Shown here in pieces: positions 8,081 to 16,034 of a DNA stretch of 20,901 nucleotides. Made by a program: the position numbers and the translations under genes. Location: positions 1-20,901 of the forward strand of contig JBEHXF010000036.1 of assembly GCA_048498835.1 (NCBI GenBank), in the 5' to 3' direction. The notes under the pieces are model-generated. The model made no database searches and was not told the origin of the DNA. It saw nothing but the letters and a program-made list of their open reading frames with translations. This DNA comes from Chlamydiota bacterium. GTDB taxonomy: Bacteria > Chlamydiota > Chlamydiia > Chlamydiales > SM23-39. Numbering within the stretch: the stretch's first letter is position 1; every line of letters begins with the position of its first letter.

Positions 8081-8828
8081 ACTTCTCTCATTGCAGAGCC
8101 AGTTTACGAAAGCTCTTTTAAGAGAGGACGAGACGGCGGATCTATGGCTCTGTGGAAGCCCTGGTTTGCCAGCCAAAAAGAGAATGGGGATTTATCGCGA
8201 GAGTTATCAAACGCGAATCATCCAATTTCTCTTGGCTCATTTTCCCCTTGCGTGCCGATTTTTGGGGCGAGAGCGGTTTTGCCAAGAGATTACGCTCCCA
8301 TATTTAAGCGATTGCTATTCTACCGACTGGCGCCTTGAGCAGTTTGCTTTTCATCTCGTTCTTTGGTTTGAAAAACGTGATCCCTTTCTTTTAAGTCTAT
8401 TGCAGGCTGATTTGCGTTGGCTGATGTGTTCGCTTGCAAAGCACGTGGTTTCTCCCATTCCCGATCTTTTTTCTACTCCACTCGCTTTGCAGCCTCACGC
8501 CTCTTTGATCCAGTTAGAGGGAGATCTGTTTCATCTCCGACTGGAAAGCGAGTGGAGGCCGCCTCGCGAGGGGATTTTTCAGTATCTCTTATTTAGGTCG
8601 AAAACGATGGCTGTCGTAGCGGCTCCCATCAGTGAAGTTTTTTATCACCTCCTGAATGAAAAGGGATGTTCTTGCAATGAGGCAATCACAAGATTAGAAG
8701 AGATCTATCCCTCTCTCGACTATGCTCTGCTCTATTATTCCATGGAGCGATTTAAAGACGCTTTTTTAGTGAGCACGAGTAGTGCAGCGATCCCAAAACA
8801 GATCGAGCCTACAATCAAAGAAATTTGA
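8064..8828 (+). CDS. DUF2063-type MNIO partner protein (putative precursor-recognition subunit, BufC/HvfC-like)
   Basis: L.SLQSQFTKAL..RMGIYRESY..R....L..HFP.....LG.ERF....PYL N-terminal pattern and LALQPH mid-region. Overlaps the DUF692 stop by 17 nt, the usual position for this partner. Confidence 0.82.
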   Translation: MRPPPELLSLQSQFTKALLREDETADLWLCGSPGLPAKKRMGIYRESYQTRIIQFLLAHFPLACRFLGRERFCQEITLPYLSDCYSTDWRLEQFAFHLVLWFEKRDPFLLSLLQADLRWLMCSLAKHVVSPIPDLFSTPLALQPHASLIQLEGDLFHLRLESEWRPPREGIFQYLLFRSKTMAVVAAPISEVFYHLLNEKGCSCNEAITRLEEIYPSLDYALLYYSMERFKDAFLVSTSSAAIPKQIEPTIKEI

Positions 8829-9952
8829 TTGGTCAATCCAAGCCACGGAGAGGTGATGACAATCGCAATCAAAAAGCCCAATGCTTGCAGCGATTGCATG
8901 ATTCCCATGACTTCTCCCTGGAGTTCTTTTTTCACGCTATTGGACGCAAAAGCGAGTGCTGTTGAGATAAATAGGGCGTAGAAAAATTCTTGAAAGGGGA
9001 TGACATACCAATTCAGTTTAGGGTTTTGAGTAAAGAGCAGTAAAAGAAGGGTTGTAGCGATGGCGAGTGAGCAAATTCCAAAGATCCATCCTACATGAAA
9101 GCGCCCGAGGAAGGGCTGAATCAAGATGCTGCTCGATAGGACAAACCAAATCGCCGCATAAGAATAAAAATCACCTACTTGATTAGGGTGAAGTCCGTAA
9201 CGTTCCAGCCAGTTCACCGGGATGAATTGCCAATAAGCCGACCACCCGATCAAAACGCTTAAAAAGATGATGAAAAAAATAAGCAGGTGAGCCCATTTAA
9301 ACAGAAGATCGATGCTTCGAAACATCGACGTGGGATTAAATTCCGTCTTCATTTCTACAGGGACTGGATCTTTAAAAAAGAGGGCGAGAAGAGCCATGTT
9401 GATGAGAACGAGGCAAAGCGCTAAGAGAAAAGGTTCGATGTATTTGCCATTTGCCGAGAGTTTTCCGCCAATAACGGGCCCGAGAGCAGCTCCGAGGCCG
9501 GCGGCTGTTGTGATCCAAGCGAAATTTCTCGCCTTTTTTTCAGGGGGGCTAATATCGCCGATTACAGCGTTTGCGATCGCTGCGCCAGTTGCTCCAACAC
9601 CACCGATCAGTCGCCCAGTGAGCAGGAGAAAGGGGTGGTCGAACCAGATCCCTGCAATAGCCAATCCATGACTGAGACAAATCACCGACAAAACAATGAG
9701 GAGCATCTCTTTGCGTCCCCAAAGGTCGGAAAAAAAACCGGCAAAGGGAGCTGAGAGAAAGGCGGTTATCGGAGCTGCAGCTAACAAAATGCCGAGCCAA
9801 AGCCCCCGCTTTTCAGCAGAGGCTGAGCCTGAGAGAAATTCTACACCTTGCTGAAAGGTGATGGAGGAAAAGATCGGAAAAACAATCCCGATGCTAAAGG
9901 TTGCAGTAGCTGCAATCAGAAAGAAAATAAAGAAAGTATGTTTGTGGTGCAT
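8735..9952 (-). CDS. MFS transporter, DHA1/TetA-like efflux family
   Basis: About 12 hydrophobic segments; motif A variant GFFSDLWGRK; GRLIGGVG; antiporter motif C-like GLGAALGPVIGG; ELQGEVMG near the C-terminus. Confidence 0.9.
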   Translation of the reverse strand: MHHKHTFFIFFLIAATATFSIGIVFPIFSSITFQQGVEFLSGSASAEKRGLWLGILLAAAPITAFLSAPFAGFFSDLWGRKEMLLIVLSVICLSHGLAIAGIWFDHPFLLLTGRLIGGVGATGAAIANAVIGDISPPEKKARNFAWITTAAGLGAALGPVIGGKLSANGKYIEPFLLALCLVLINMALLALFFKDPVPVEMKTEFNPTSMFRSIDLLFKWAHLLIFFIIFLSVLIGWSAYWQFIPVNWLERYGLHPNQVGDFYSYAAIWFVLSSSILIQPFLGRFHVGWIFGICSLAIATTLLLLLFTQNPKLNWYVIPFQEFFYALFISTALAFASNSVKKELQGEVMGIMQSLQALGFLIAIVITSPWLGLTNQISLIVGSICFGIAALLVLTKKASLNRSME

Positions 9953-9971
9953 ACTTTCGAAGAATCAGAGA

Positions 9972-10205
9972 TTACCTGTTTTTCAACAAGAAAAAATCTT
10001 TCGTATGAAGGCGCCCTTTTTGATTTGATAAATGGGTAAGAGCGCGACTTGCTGCCTTTTTTATATTTCTGGAACCCTTGCCGGCATTGTCGACAAGAGC
10101 CTCAATGCGCTCTTCTATAATCGGATGGTATTTTCTGATCGGTTCTTCTGTGATGGGATCAATTTTAGGTTGTTGTTTATAGGATGCGTTTGCGCTTATT
10201 TTCAT
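9972..10205 (-). CDS. Small hypothetical protein (77 aa)
   Basis: ATG start, fills the gap between the neighbouring minus-strand genes without overlap; no recognisable family. Confidence 0.5.
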   Translation of the reverse strand: MKISANASYKQQPKIDPITEEPIRKYHPIIEERIEALVDNAGKGSRNIKKAASRALTHLSNQKGRLHTKDFFLLKNR

Positions 10206-10273
10206 AAATTCCCAAAGTTAAATTTAAAGGAATAAATGATACGAAACTTAACCTAAAAAATACAGAAAATTTC

Positions 10274-10690
10274 TCAATTCTTTAAAAATGGCTTCATCGT
10301 ATCCGCAAAGTCGGCTAACTCTAAGTTTGTCCATTCGCGAGTCAGCTCTAAGTGTCGAGTCTCTTTTTCTCCTCTGCTTTGAGCTTTTTTAAAGGCCAAA
10401 CGGTGAAGTCTCTTTAATTCGACTGTAGCTTTTTTTATCTGGTGTTTAGAAACTCCAGATGAAATGCGTTCTCGCCAATTTTGAATGATCTGCTCAATTC
10501 GATTGGTGCTTGCGTGCTTTTTTTTCAAGATTGATGCGGTGGATAGTGGATGATCTTTTGGAGTGCGAATCGGATTGCAGAAATAATAGGGGGTAGTAAC
10601 TGTAGATTCCGGCGTAGGAGGCATCTCCAGAAGTTCTGATGTTGGTGAAGAGGGAATGGAATTTCCTGAAGAGATAGATTTAACTGACAT
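10274..10690 (-). CDS. Hypothetical protein with Ser/Pro/Thr-rich N-terminus and basic helical C-terminus
   Basis: ATG preceded by AAGGTG; fills the intergenic space; starts MSVKSISSGNSIPSSPTS; no known domain recognised. Confidence 0.65.
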   Translation of the reverse strand: MSVKSISSGNSIPSSPTSELLEMPPTPESTVTTPYYFCNPIRTPKDHPLSTASILKKKHASTNRIEQIIQNWRERISSGVSKHQIKKATVELKRLHRLAFKKAQSRGEKETRHLELTREWTNLELADFADTMKPFLKN

Positions 10691-10732
10691 GGAACACCTT
10701 GTGTAAAGAAATTATTATAATAAAGTTAAGAT

Positions 10733-12808
10733 TTATTTTCGAACAAGGGAAATCCCAGCGGTGACTCGATCATCGAGATCGAGGTGGCTGTAAGAGAGGC
10801 GGAGTTTGAGAACAGAGCTGAGCCAAGTGTAAAGATCTACTTTGATCTCATTATAGGGCCTCTCTCCTGCTCGCGCAAAGCCATGGTGAGAGCGGATGTG
10901 ACATTCCCAAAAGGGAGTAGGGCGTATGAAAATATGGGCTAAAAGAGTGACTCGACGATCGGATAGAGGGGAGAGCAGGAGTTCCGATTGAGAGCGAGTT
11001 ACATCGAGGATAAAACTTTCATGATCGGCTTTGCGCCAATCGTATTGCGAGCGGTAGCGCCCCTCTAGAGCAAAAGCGGCGTTTTCATTTAGAGTCCATT
11101 GAATACGTGTATTGGAATAGTCGACAACTTGATTGCGAAAGTTCCAACAATTGCGTAAAGAGAAGTTGAGTGTTGCGATGTTCCAGTAAAGATCTAAGTA
11201 GGCGCGCGGCACGACTTGTGGAATCGTAAAATCGGCAAAAAAAGCGTTGGCATACACATCGGCCACTAAAGAGGGGCCTTGGAATTTTCTTTTCTTTGAA
11301 AAGAGAATGTTTCTCACCCCTCCTTGCAATTGTGTGATTTGGTGATAGCCGTCTTGGATTGTGAAGATATAATGGCTGTCTGGGCCGACCGTTGGTTTGC
11401 TAAGACCCGTCAATTCGAGATAAGGTTCGATCTGGTGTTGGTAGCGCAAGTAATTTCGCGATGCCCTTGCATCGAGACGTGCGCCATAGGTCAAAAGACC
11501 CATTGTTTTCACATCAGAGGAGGGGGAGTTGCCATAAAAAATGCCGATGAAGCCTAGATTGGGCGTAAAGGTAGTGGGTCCTAAGTAAAATGGGCGATAG
11601 AGCCTTTCTCTCGCCTCAATGCGAGGAGAGTGATAGCTCGATAAATTTTCAATGAGATGATCCGAGTAAACGAAGTCGAGATAAGAAGCTTTGATCACGC
11701 TGGTCGAATAGATACCCGTTCTTCCTAATTCGAGCGGATGCGTGGAGAGATAAACTGAGGGGAGGTCTTGTTTAATCGATTCGAATCCATTGACTCGCGG
11801 GCGAAATTTAAAAGAGCTAATGAGACTATTTTCTTGATGGCGGAGATAAAAGAGAGTTCGCTTAGCGGTATTCACTTCGAAATCTTCGCTTCGAAAATCT
11901 CCCGGCATTCGGACATCGCTATATTTATCCCAGCTCAAGGTCGTGCACGTCTTGCCGCTTTCGCTCTCCATGTTGAAAGCGCCTTGTAACCTATATCGAC
12001 GCATTTTATCGGGCGCTGTTTCTAACCGATCTGTGGCTAAATAGCTCCTAGTGACAAAACTCGTTTTGTAATCGCTCGGAAGATATTCGGTTTCAAAGGC
12101 GCCGCCCCATCCCGTTCGCCAGCGATACTCGACTCTTCCGTACATCGCAAAGTCTTTCCAAGAGTAAAACTGATAGCGAATCATCGCTCTTGGCCCCTGT
12201 CCTTTATCCCAGTTCACGCTATAGCGGAAGATCGGCTCTTTAAATTTCCTCAAATTTACCTTAAAAGAGGGGAGCCACATCGCAGGAATTTGAAAGATGC
12301 GAAAGCGAACTCGATTTGCTTCAACCAAGTCTCCTTTTTTGACATTGACCCGATAGGCGTGGATGTCCCAGGTGCTTTCGGCATTTTCGCAGGTCGTGAT
12401 AAAGGCATTGGTGACTTTGTAATTTCCGTCGGGTTGAAGTTCAATCTCGTCGCCGCCGACGTACCAAATTGAGGAGAAGGTTTTTCCCTCATAAATCACA
12501 CCCGATCTTGTTTCGAAATCGTATTCGAGTTTTCGTCCGACATAAATCCTTCCCTTATATTGGATGAGGAGATCTCCTTCCGCATCAATTTTGTGGACGC
12601 CCTCTTTTCTTATATACTCGATCTTGCGGGCTTGAATGCGGATGTCTTGATTGCGGATGATTCCGCCCTGTGTCGTATACAATACGCCATTTTTATACGT
12701 TGGATTTCTCAGATCGACCATCATCTCTGGCGTTGGCATGGGAGTGCAGACAGGCTTTAATTCTGCAGCCAGGAGCGAGAGTGGGAGTAGGCAAAGTAGA
12801 AATCGCAT
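10733..12808 (-). CDS. lptD: LptD/OstA-like outer-membrane LPS-assembly protein (chlamydial type)
   Basis: Signal-peptide-like start; OstA-like region with AFITTCE....W; aromatic-rich beta-strand C-terminal half. Adjacent to HEAT-repeat and maf genes, as in the Chlamydia CT349-CT351 block. Confidence 0.7.
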   Translation of the reverse strand: MRFLLCLLPLSLLAAELKPVCTPMPTPEMMVDLRNPTYKNGVLYTTQGGIIRNQDIRIQARKIEYIRKEGVHKIDAEGDLLIQYKGRIYVGRKLEYDFETRSGVIYEGKTFSSIWYVGGDEIELQPDGNYKVTNAFITTCENAESTWDIHAYRVNVKKGDLVEANRVRFRIFQIPAMWLPSFKVNLRKFKEPIFRYSVNWDKGQGPRAMIRYQFYSWKDFAMYGRVEYRWRTGWGGAFETEYLPSDYKTSFVTRSYLATDRLETAPDKMRRYRLQGAFNMESESGKTCTTLSWDKYSDVRMPGDFRSEDFEVNTAKRTLFYLRHQENSLISSFKFRPRVNGFESIKQDLPSVYLSTHPLELGRTGIYSTSVIKASYLDFVYSDHLIENLSSYHSPRIEARERLYRPFYLGPTTFTPNLGFIGIFYGNSPSSDVKTMGLLTYGARLDARASRNYLRYQHQIEPYLELTGLSKPTVGPDSHYIFTIQDGYHQITQLQGGVRNILFSKKRKFQGPSLVADVYANAFFADFTIPQVVPRAYLDLYWNIATLNFSLRNCWNFRNQVVDYSNTRIQWTLNENAAFALEGRYRSQYDWRKADHESFILDVTRSQSELLLSPLSDRRVTLLAHIFIRPTPFWECHIRSHHGFARAGERPYNEIKVDLYTWLSSVLKLRLSYSHLDLDDRVTAGISLVRK

Positions 12809-12861
12809 GGTGCGATTGTAAAAGAGCGGCGCGTAATAGAAAAGAGGAGTCTCGTGTGCAA

Positions 12862-13217
12862 TTCACCACAGAGGAGACAAAGAAGAAAAGAGAAATAACA
12901 AGGATCCGCACGAAACGCGCGGGCAGGATCGCCGCAAAGCGGCGACAGGATAAAAATTCACCACAGAGATAGACAACCACAGAGGCGGGGAGACCCCGCA
13001 CCCCAAAGAGAAGTAGTTCCTTTTGCTGCGCAAAAACAAGGAGGCTCTGAGTGGTGCGGAGTGCATCCCTCCACTATCCTGTCGCCGTTTCGGCGATCCT
13101 GCCCGGCGCTTCGCCGGATCTTTGTTCCTTCTCTTTTTTTGGGGTGCGGGGCTTCCCCGCCTCTGTGGTGGTCTATCTCTGTGGTGAAATTCTCTTCTTT
13201 GTGTCCTCTGTGATGAA
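12862..13217. repeat. 356-bp composite palindromic element with terminal inverted repeats
   Basis: TIR TTCACCACAGAGGAGACAAAGAAGA vs reverse complement of the end, TTCATCACAGAGGACACAAAGAAGA (2 mismatches in 25). Internal inverted modules ~12902-12952/13075-13120 and ~12955-13005/13138-13190. Shares sequence with 1-370. Confidence 0.88.
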
Positions 13218-13234
13218 CCGCCCACGATCGCTTG

Positions 13235-14905
13235 TTATTCGGTGGCTTTCATGAGAAGGCCCATGAGTGCGTAGCGATTGAGGGGATTGCCGTATTGGAT
13301 CGCTTCGAGGAGGAAGGCGATGCTCTTTTCATCACGGCGGGACGCGATGGAGACGAATGAATCGATGAGGAGTTTGGATGTTTCCTCGGGAGAGAGTGAG
13401 TAGTCGGCTTGGTCCATCCGGAATTTCCACGGGAGAAGGGGGCGGAGGCGGATGAGTTCAGCTTCTTTTTGGTGCATGACCCATCGGGCGACGTGTTCTT
13501 CGTGCGGACCTTCTTCTTTGAGGCGATAGAGCGAGAGGTGGCAGTAGTCGCGGATGAGGGGGGAGTTCATTTTGGTGGAACCTTCTCGGAGGACCTGTTT
13601 GGCTTTATCGGTCTGGAGGTTTTCGAGGAGGGAGATGAGAGATGGGACGAGATCGTTTTGTTGGCGGTGGAAGAGGAGGCGGGAGAGGTGGATGAAGTCG
13701 TCTTCCGGTAGGTGGATCGACTCGCGGAGGAGATGTTCGCGAATGGCGAGGGAATAGGAGAGGTCGATGGTGGGATCTTTTGCGCGGAGTTCGGCGGAGG
13801 GAACTGCTTTGAGCGCGGTGAGAGAGCGGCCGATCGAACCATAGGGCTGGAAGGCGAGATTGCGGGCGTCGTCGAAGAGGATGTCCATGAGGATGGGCAG
13901 ACAGCGTGGGTCGCGGTGTTGAAGGAGGGCAGCGGCGGCGTTTGTGCGGATTTGAAGGTCGGTTGACTGGACCAGTTCGGCAAGGAGCGGCTCAGTACCA
14001 GAGATAAAGCCGAGAGCGGCGATGGCGAAGACGTTTTTCTTGCGCGCGAGCTCTTCGATATTGGGGATGTAAGAGCGATCGCCGAGTTGAAGCATGCAGA
14101 GACACGCTGCGAGGCGAACGGTGTCGGTAGAAGAAGTTGTGTGGCGTTTGATTTTCGGAATCATGGAGGTGTCTTTGAGCGCGCCAATGGCAAAAAGGGT
14201 TGCTTCGAGTTCCGCGATGTGGGAATGAGAAAGGCGTTTTCTGAGGAGGGGAAGGAAATCATCACGGCCGAGGCGGGCGACTTGGAGAATGGATTCGATG
14301 CGGACATTGAGATCGGGATCTTCAATCAGGCGGCGAAGTGTTTGGGTTGCGTCATGTGTGCCGATGAGTGCGAAAAGGGATGGGAAGAAGGGTTTGTAGA
14401 CAGGAGGGAGGCGAAACATGAGGCCCTCAATTTGGCCTACAGCGTGAGGGTGTTTGCGAGCGGAGAGATAGTAGGCGGCTTCCATGCGGGTGGAGAGAAA
14501 GTCGGAGCTCATAGCGATGTTGAGGAGGTCGTCGGTTCGGTCATCATCGATTTTGGAGATAAAGTGGAGAGAAAGGAGTTGGGTTTGAGGATCGGGGTGG
14601 GTGATCCCTTTTTCGAGAATTTCCAGCGAATTGCTTGAGCCAGAGAGCCCTGCGCCGAAGAGGGTGATCATAAAGGTTTGGTGATCTTCACTCTGAATCC
14701 CTTTCTGGAGGAGGGTTAGGCCCATTTGTTGGAGCATCTCAAAGTCATGCCGCCCTGTGAGAGAAGCGTATTGGCGATAGCGCTCAATCGATTCTTCAAT
14801 CTTATTTTGCTGCATGAGAAACAGCGCTTGGAGTTTTGTCTCGGAAGGAGAGACGGCCGCTAGGAGCGGAATTGGAAGAGCTAGACAGACTTGAAGAAAT
14901 CCCAT
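13235..14905 (-). CDS. HEAT-repeat protein conserved in chlamydiae (CT350-like), probable N-terminal signal peptide
   Basis: Repeated helical units (D.D..VR..A...L, e.g. DPDLNVRIESILQV, STDTVRLAACLCM, TDLQIRTNAAAALL). ATG at 14905 (MGFLQVCLALPIPLLAA) overlaps the maf end and is preferred to the ORF-track start at 14977. Confidence 0.8.
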   Translation of the reverse strand: MGFLQVCLALPIPLLAAVSPSETKLQALFLMQQNKIEESIERYRQYASLTGRHDFEMLQQMGLTLLQKGIQSEDHQTFMITLFGAGLSGSSNSLEILEKGITHPDPQTQLLSLHFISKIDDDRTDDLLNIAMSSDFLSTRMEAAYYLSARKHPHAVGQIEGLMFRLPPVYKPFFPSLFALIGTHDATQTLRRLIEDPDLNVRIESILQVARLGRDDFLPLLRKRLSHSHIAELEATLFAIGALKDTSMIPKIKRHTTSSTDTVRLAACLCMLQLGDRSYIPNIEELARKKNVFAIAALGFISGTEPLLAELVQSTDLQIRTNAAAALLQHRDPRCLPILMDILFDDARNLAFQPYGSIGRSLTALKAVPSAELRAKDPTIDLSYSLAIREHLLRESIHLPEDDFIHLSRLLFHRQQNDLVPSLISLLENLQTDKAKQVLREGSTKMNSPLIRDYCHLSLYRLKEEGPHEEHVARWVMHQKEAELIRLRPLLPWKFRMDQADYSLSPEETSKLLIDSFVSIASRRDEKSIAFLLEAIQYGNPLNRYALMGLLMKATE

Positions 14906-15468
14906 AGATCGATCCCCGCTTTGAGCAACAGGCGCCGCAGTGTTTGAAGAGGCAGCCCCATAACGTTGTAATAGCACCCCTCGATTCTTTTGACAATCAA
15001 ACTACCAGCTTGTTGGATCGCATACCCACCTGCCTTATCAAGCGGATGGAATACTTTTGCGTAGGCACGAATCTCAGGCTCAGTGAGTTCGCAAAAATGA
15101 ACGCGGGCAAGTTCAGCCTCAGAAAAAAGTTTTCCGGAGGTTGCAACGCAGACGCCGGTATAGACCTGATGCTCCTTTCCCGACAGCTCGCGGAGCATGG
15201 CGTAGGCCTCTTCCATCGTTTCGGGTTTTAGAAAAAGTCGCCCTTGTCGGTGGACGACCGTGTCAGCGGTGAGGATGATCTCTTTTGGGTATTTTTCCAC
15301 CAGAGCCATCGCTTTGCGCTTAGCGATCTCGCGGGCATACTCAGCTGGATCTCCTTCGAAAAGGACGAGAGATTCATCGAAATCGGAACTAACTTGTCGG
15401 AAAGGGAGCGAAAAGAAGTTTAAAATTTCACGACGGCGAGGAGAAGCTGAACCGAGTAATATTTCCAT
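14881..15468 (-). CDS. maf: Maf family nucleoside triphosphate pyrophosphatase (YhdE-type)
   Basis: LLGSASPRR, ADTVV, KP, LSGKEH, DKAGGYAIQ and NVMGLP motifs. Confidence 0.95.
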   Translation of the reverse strand: MEILLGSASPRRREILNFFSLPFRQVSSDFDESLVLFEGDPAEYAREIAKRKAMALVEKYPKEIILTADTVVHRQGRLFLKPETMEEAYAMLRELSGKEHQVYTGVCVATSGKLFSEAELARVHFCELTEPEIRAYAKVFHPLDKAGGYAIQQAGSLIVKRIEGCYYNVMGLPLQTLRRLLLKAGIDLWDFFKSV

Positions 15469-15539
15469 CGCGATCTAGCATGCCATAGATGGGAATTTAC
15501 GAGAAATGGTAGACTCTTCCCCTTTTTTAGGAGAATGAG

Positions 15540-16034
15540 ATGTCTACCCCACCTATTTCTGCACCCGCGCCACTACCGCCACCCGTTCCACAACCTGCAG
15601 CGCCTCCTGCTCCTGGCTATTTTGAAACGGCAGCCAAGGCAGTTTGGGCTTACGTTAGATCTATTTTTGAGGCGATTGCCAAGTTTTTTGGTTGCGCGAG
15701 CGAACCTGTAGAAAAACCTGAAAAGGCGATCTTGGCCAGGCTAAATGAGGGTCTGTATTCAGGTCCAAGCCTTCTCTTTCTCTTCAAACAATACTTTCAA
15801 GAAGAAGAGCAGGTTGTGGTCTATCGATTTGAGGGGCAACAGCTCAATCAACGAGAACCATTGCAAAACGAGCCGCGTGGGTGGTTTAGCTCAGCTCCTG
15901 CTGAAAAGACATTGCAACAACAGCTTGAAGAAACTGTTCAAAGGGGAGAACACGCCGTCTTCAATGATCCAAAAATTTTAATCCCTTATCTTTCTGATCG
16001 ACTCAGCCAATTATTAATGAAAGGAACGGCATGA
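15540..16034 (+). CDS. Hypothetical protein with proline-rich N-terminus
   Basis: AGGAG upstream; starts MSTPPISAPAPLPPPVPQPAAPP followed by an amphipathic helix; ATGA overlap with the next ORF. Confidence 0.7.
   Translation: MSTPPISAPAPLPPPVPQPAAPPAPGYFETAAKAVWAYVRSIFEAIAKFFGCASEPVEKPEKAILARLNEGLYSGPSLLFLFKQYFQEEEQVVVYRFEGQQLNQREPLQNEPRGWFSSAPAEKTLQQQLEETVQRGEHAVFNDPKILIPYLSDRLSQLLMKGTA

Noticed and set aside
12862..13217. Possible CRISPR array or tRNA/ncRNA in the hairpin-rich regions
   Set aside because: Units are inverted and irregularly spaced with no unique constant-length spacers, no cas genes are present, and no tRNA cloverleaf or T-loop motif was found.
13409..14638. Several long alternative-frame and antisense ORFs within the HEAT gene (likewise within the GMC, DUF3604 and CBS genes)
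   Set aside because: Shadow ORFs of GC-rich coding sequence with no recognisable motifs.
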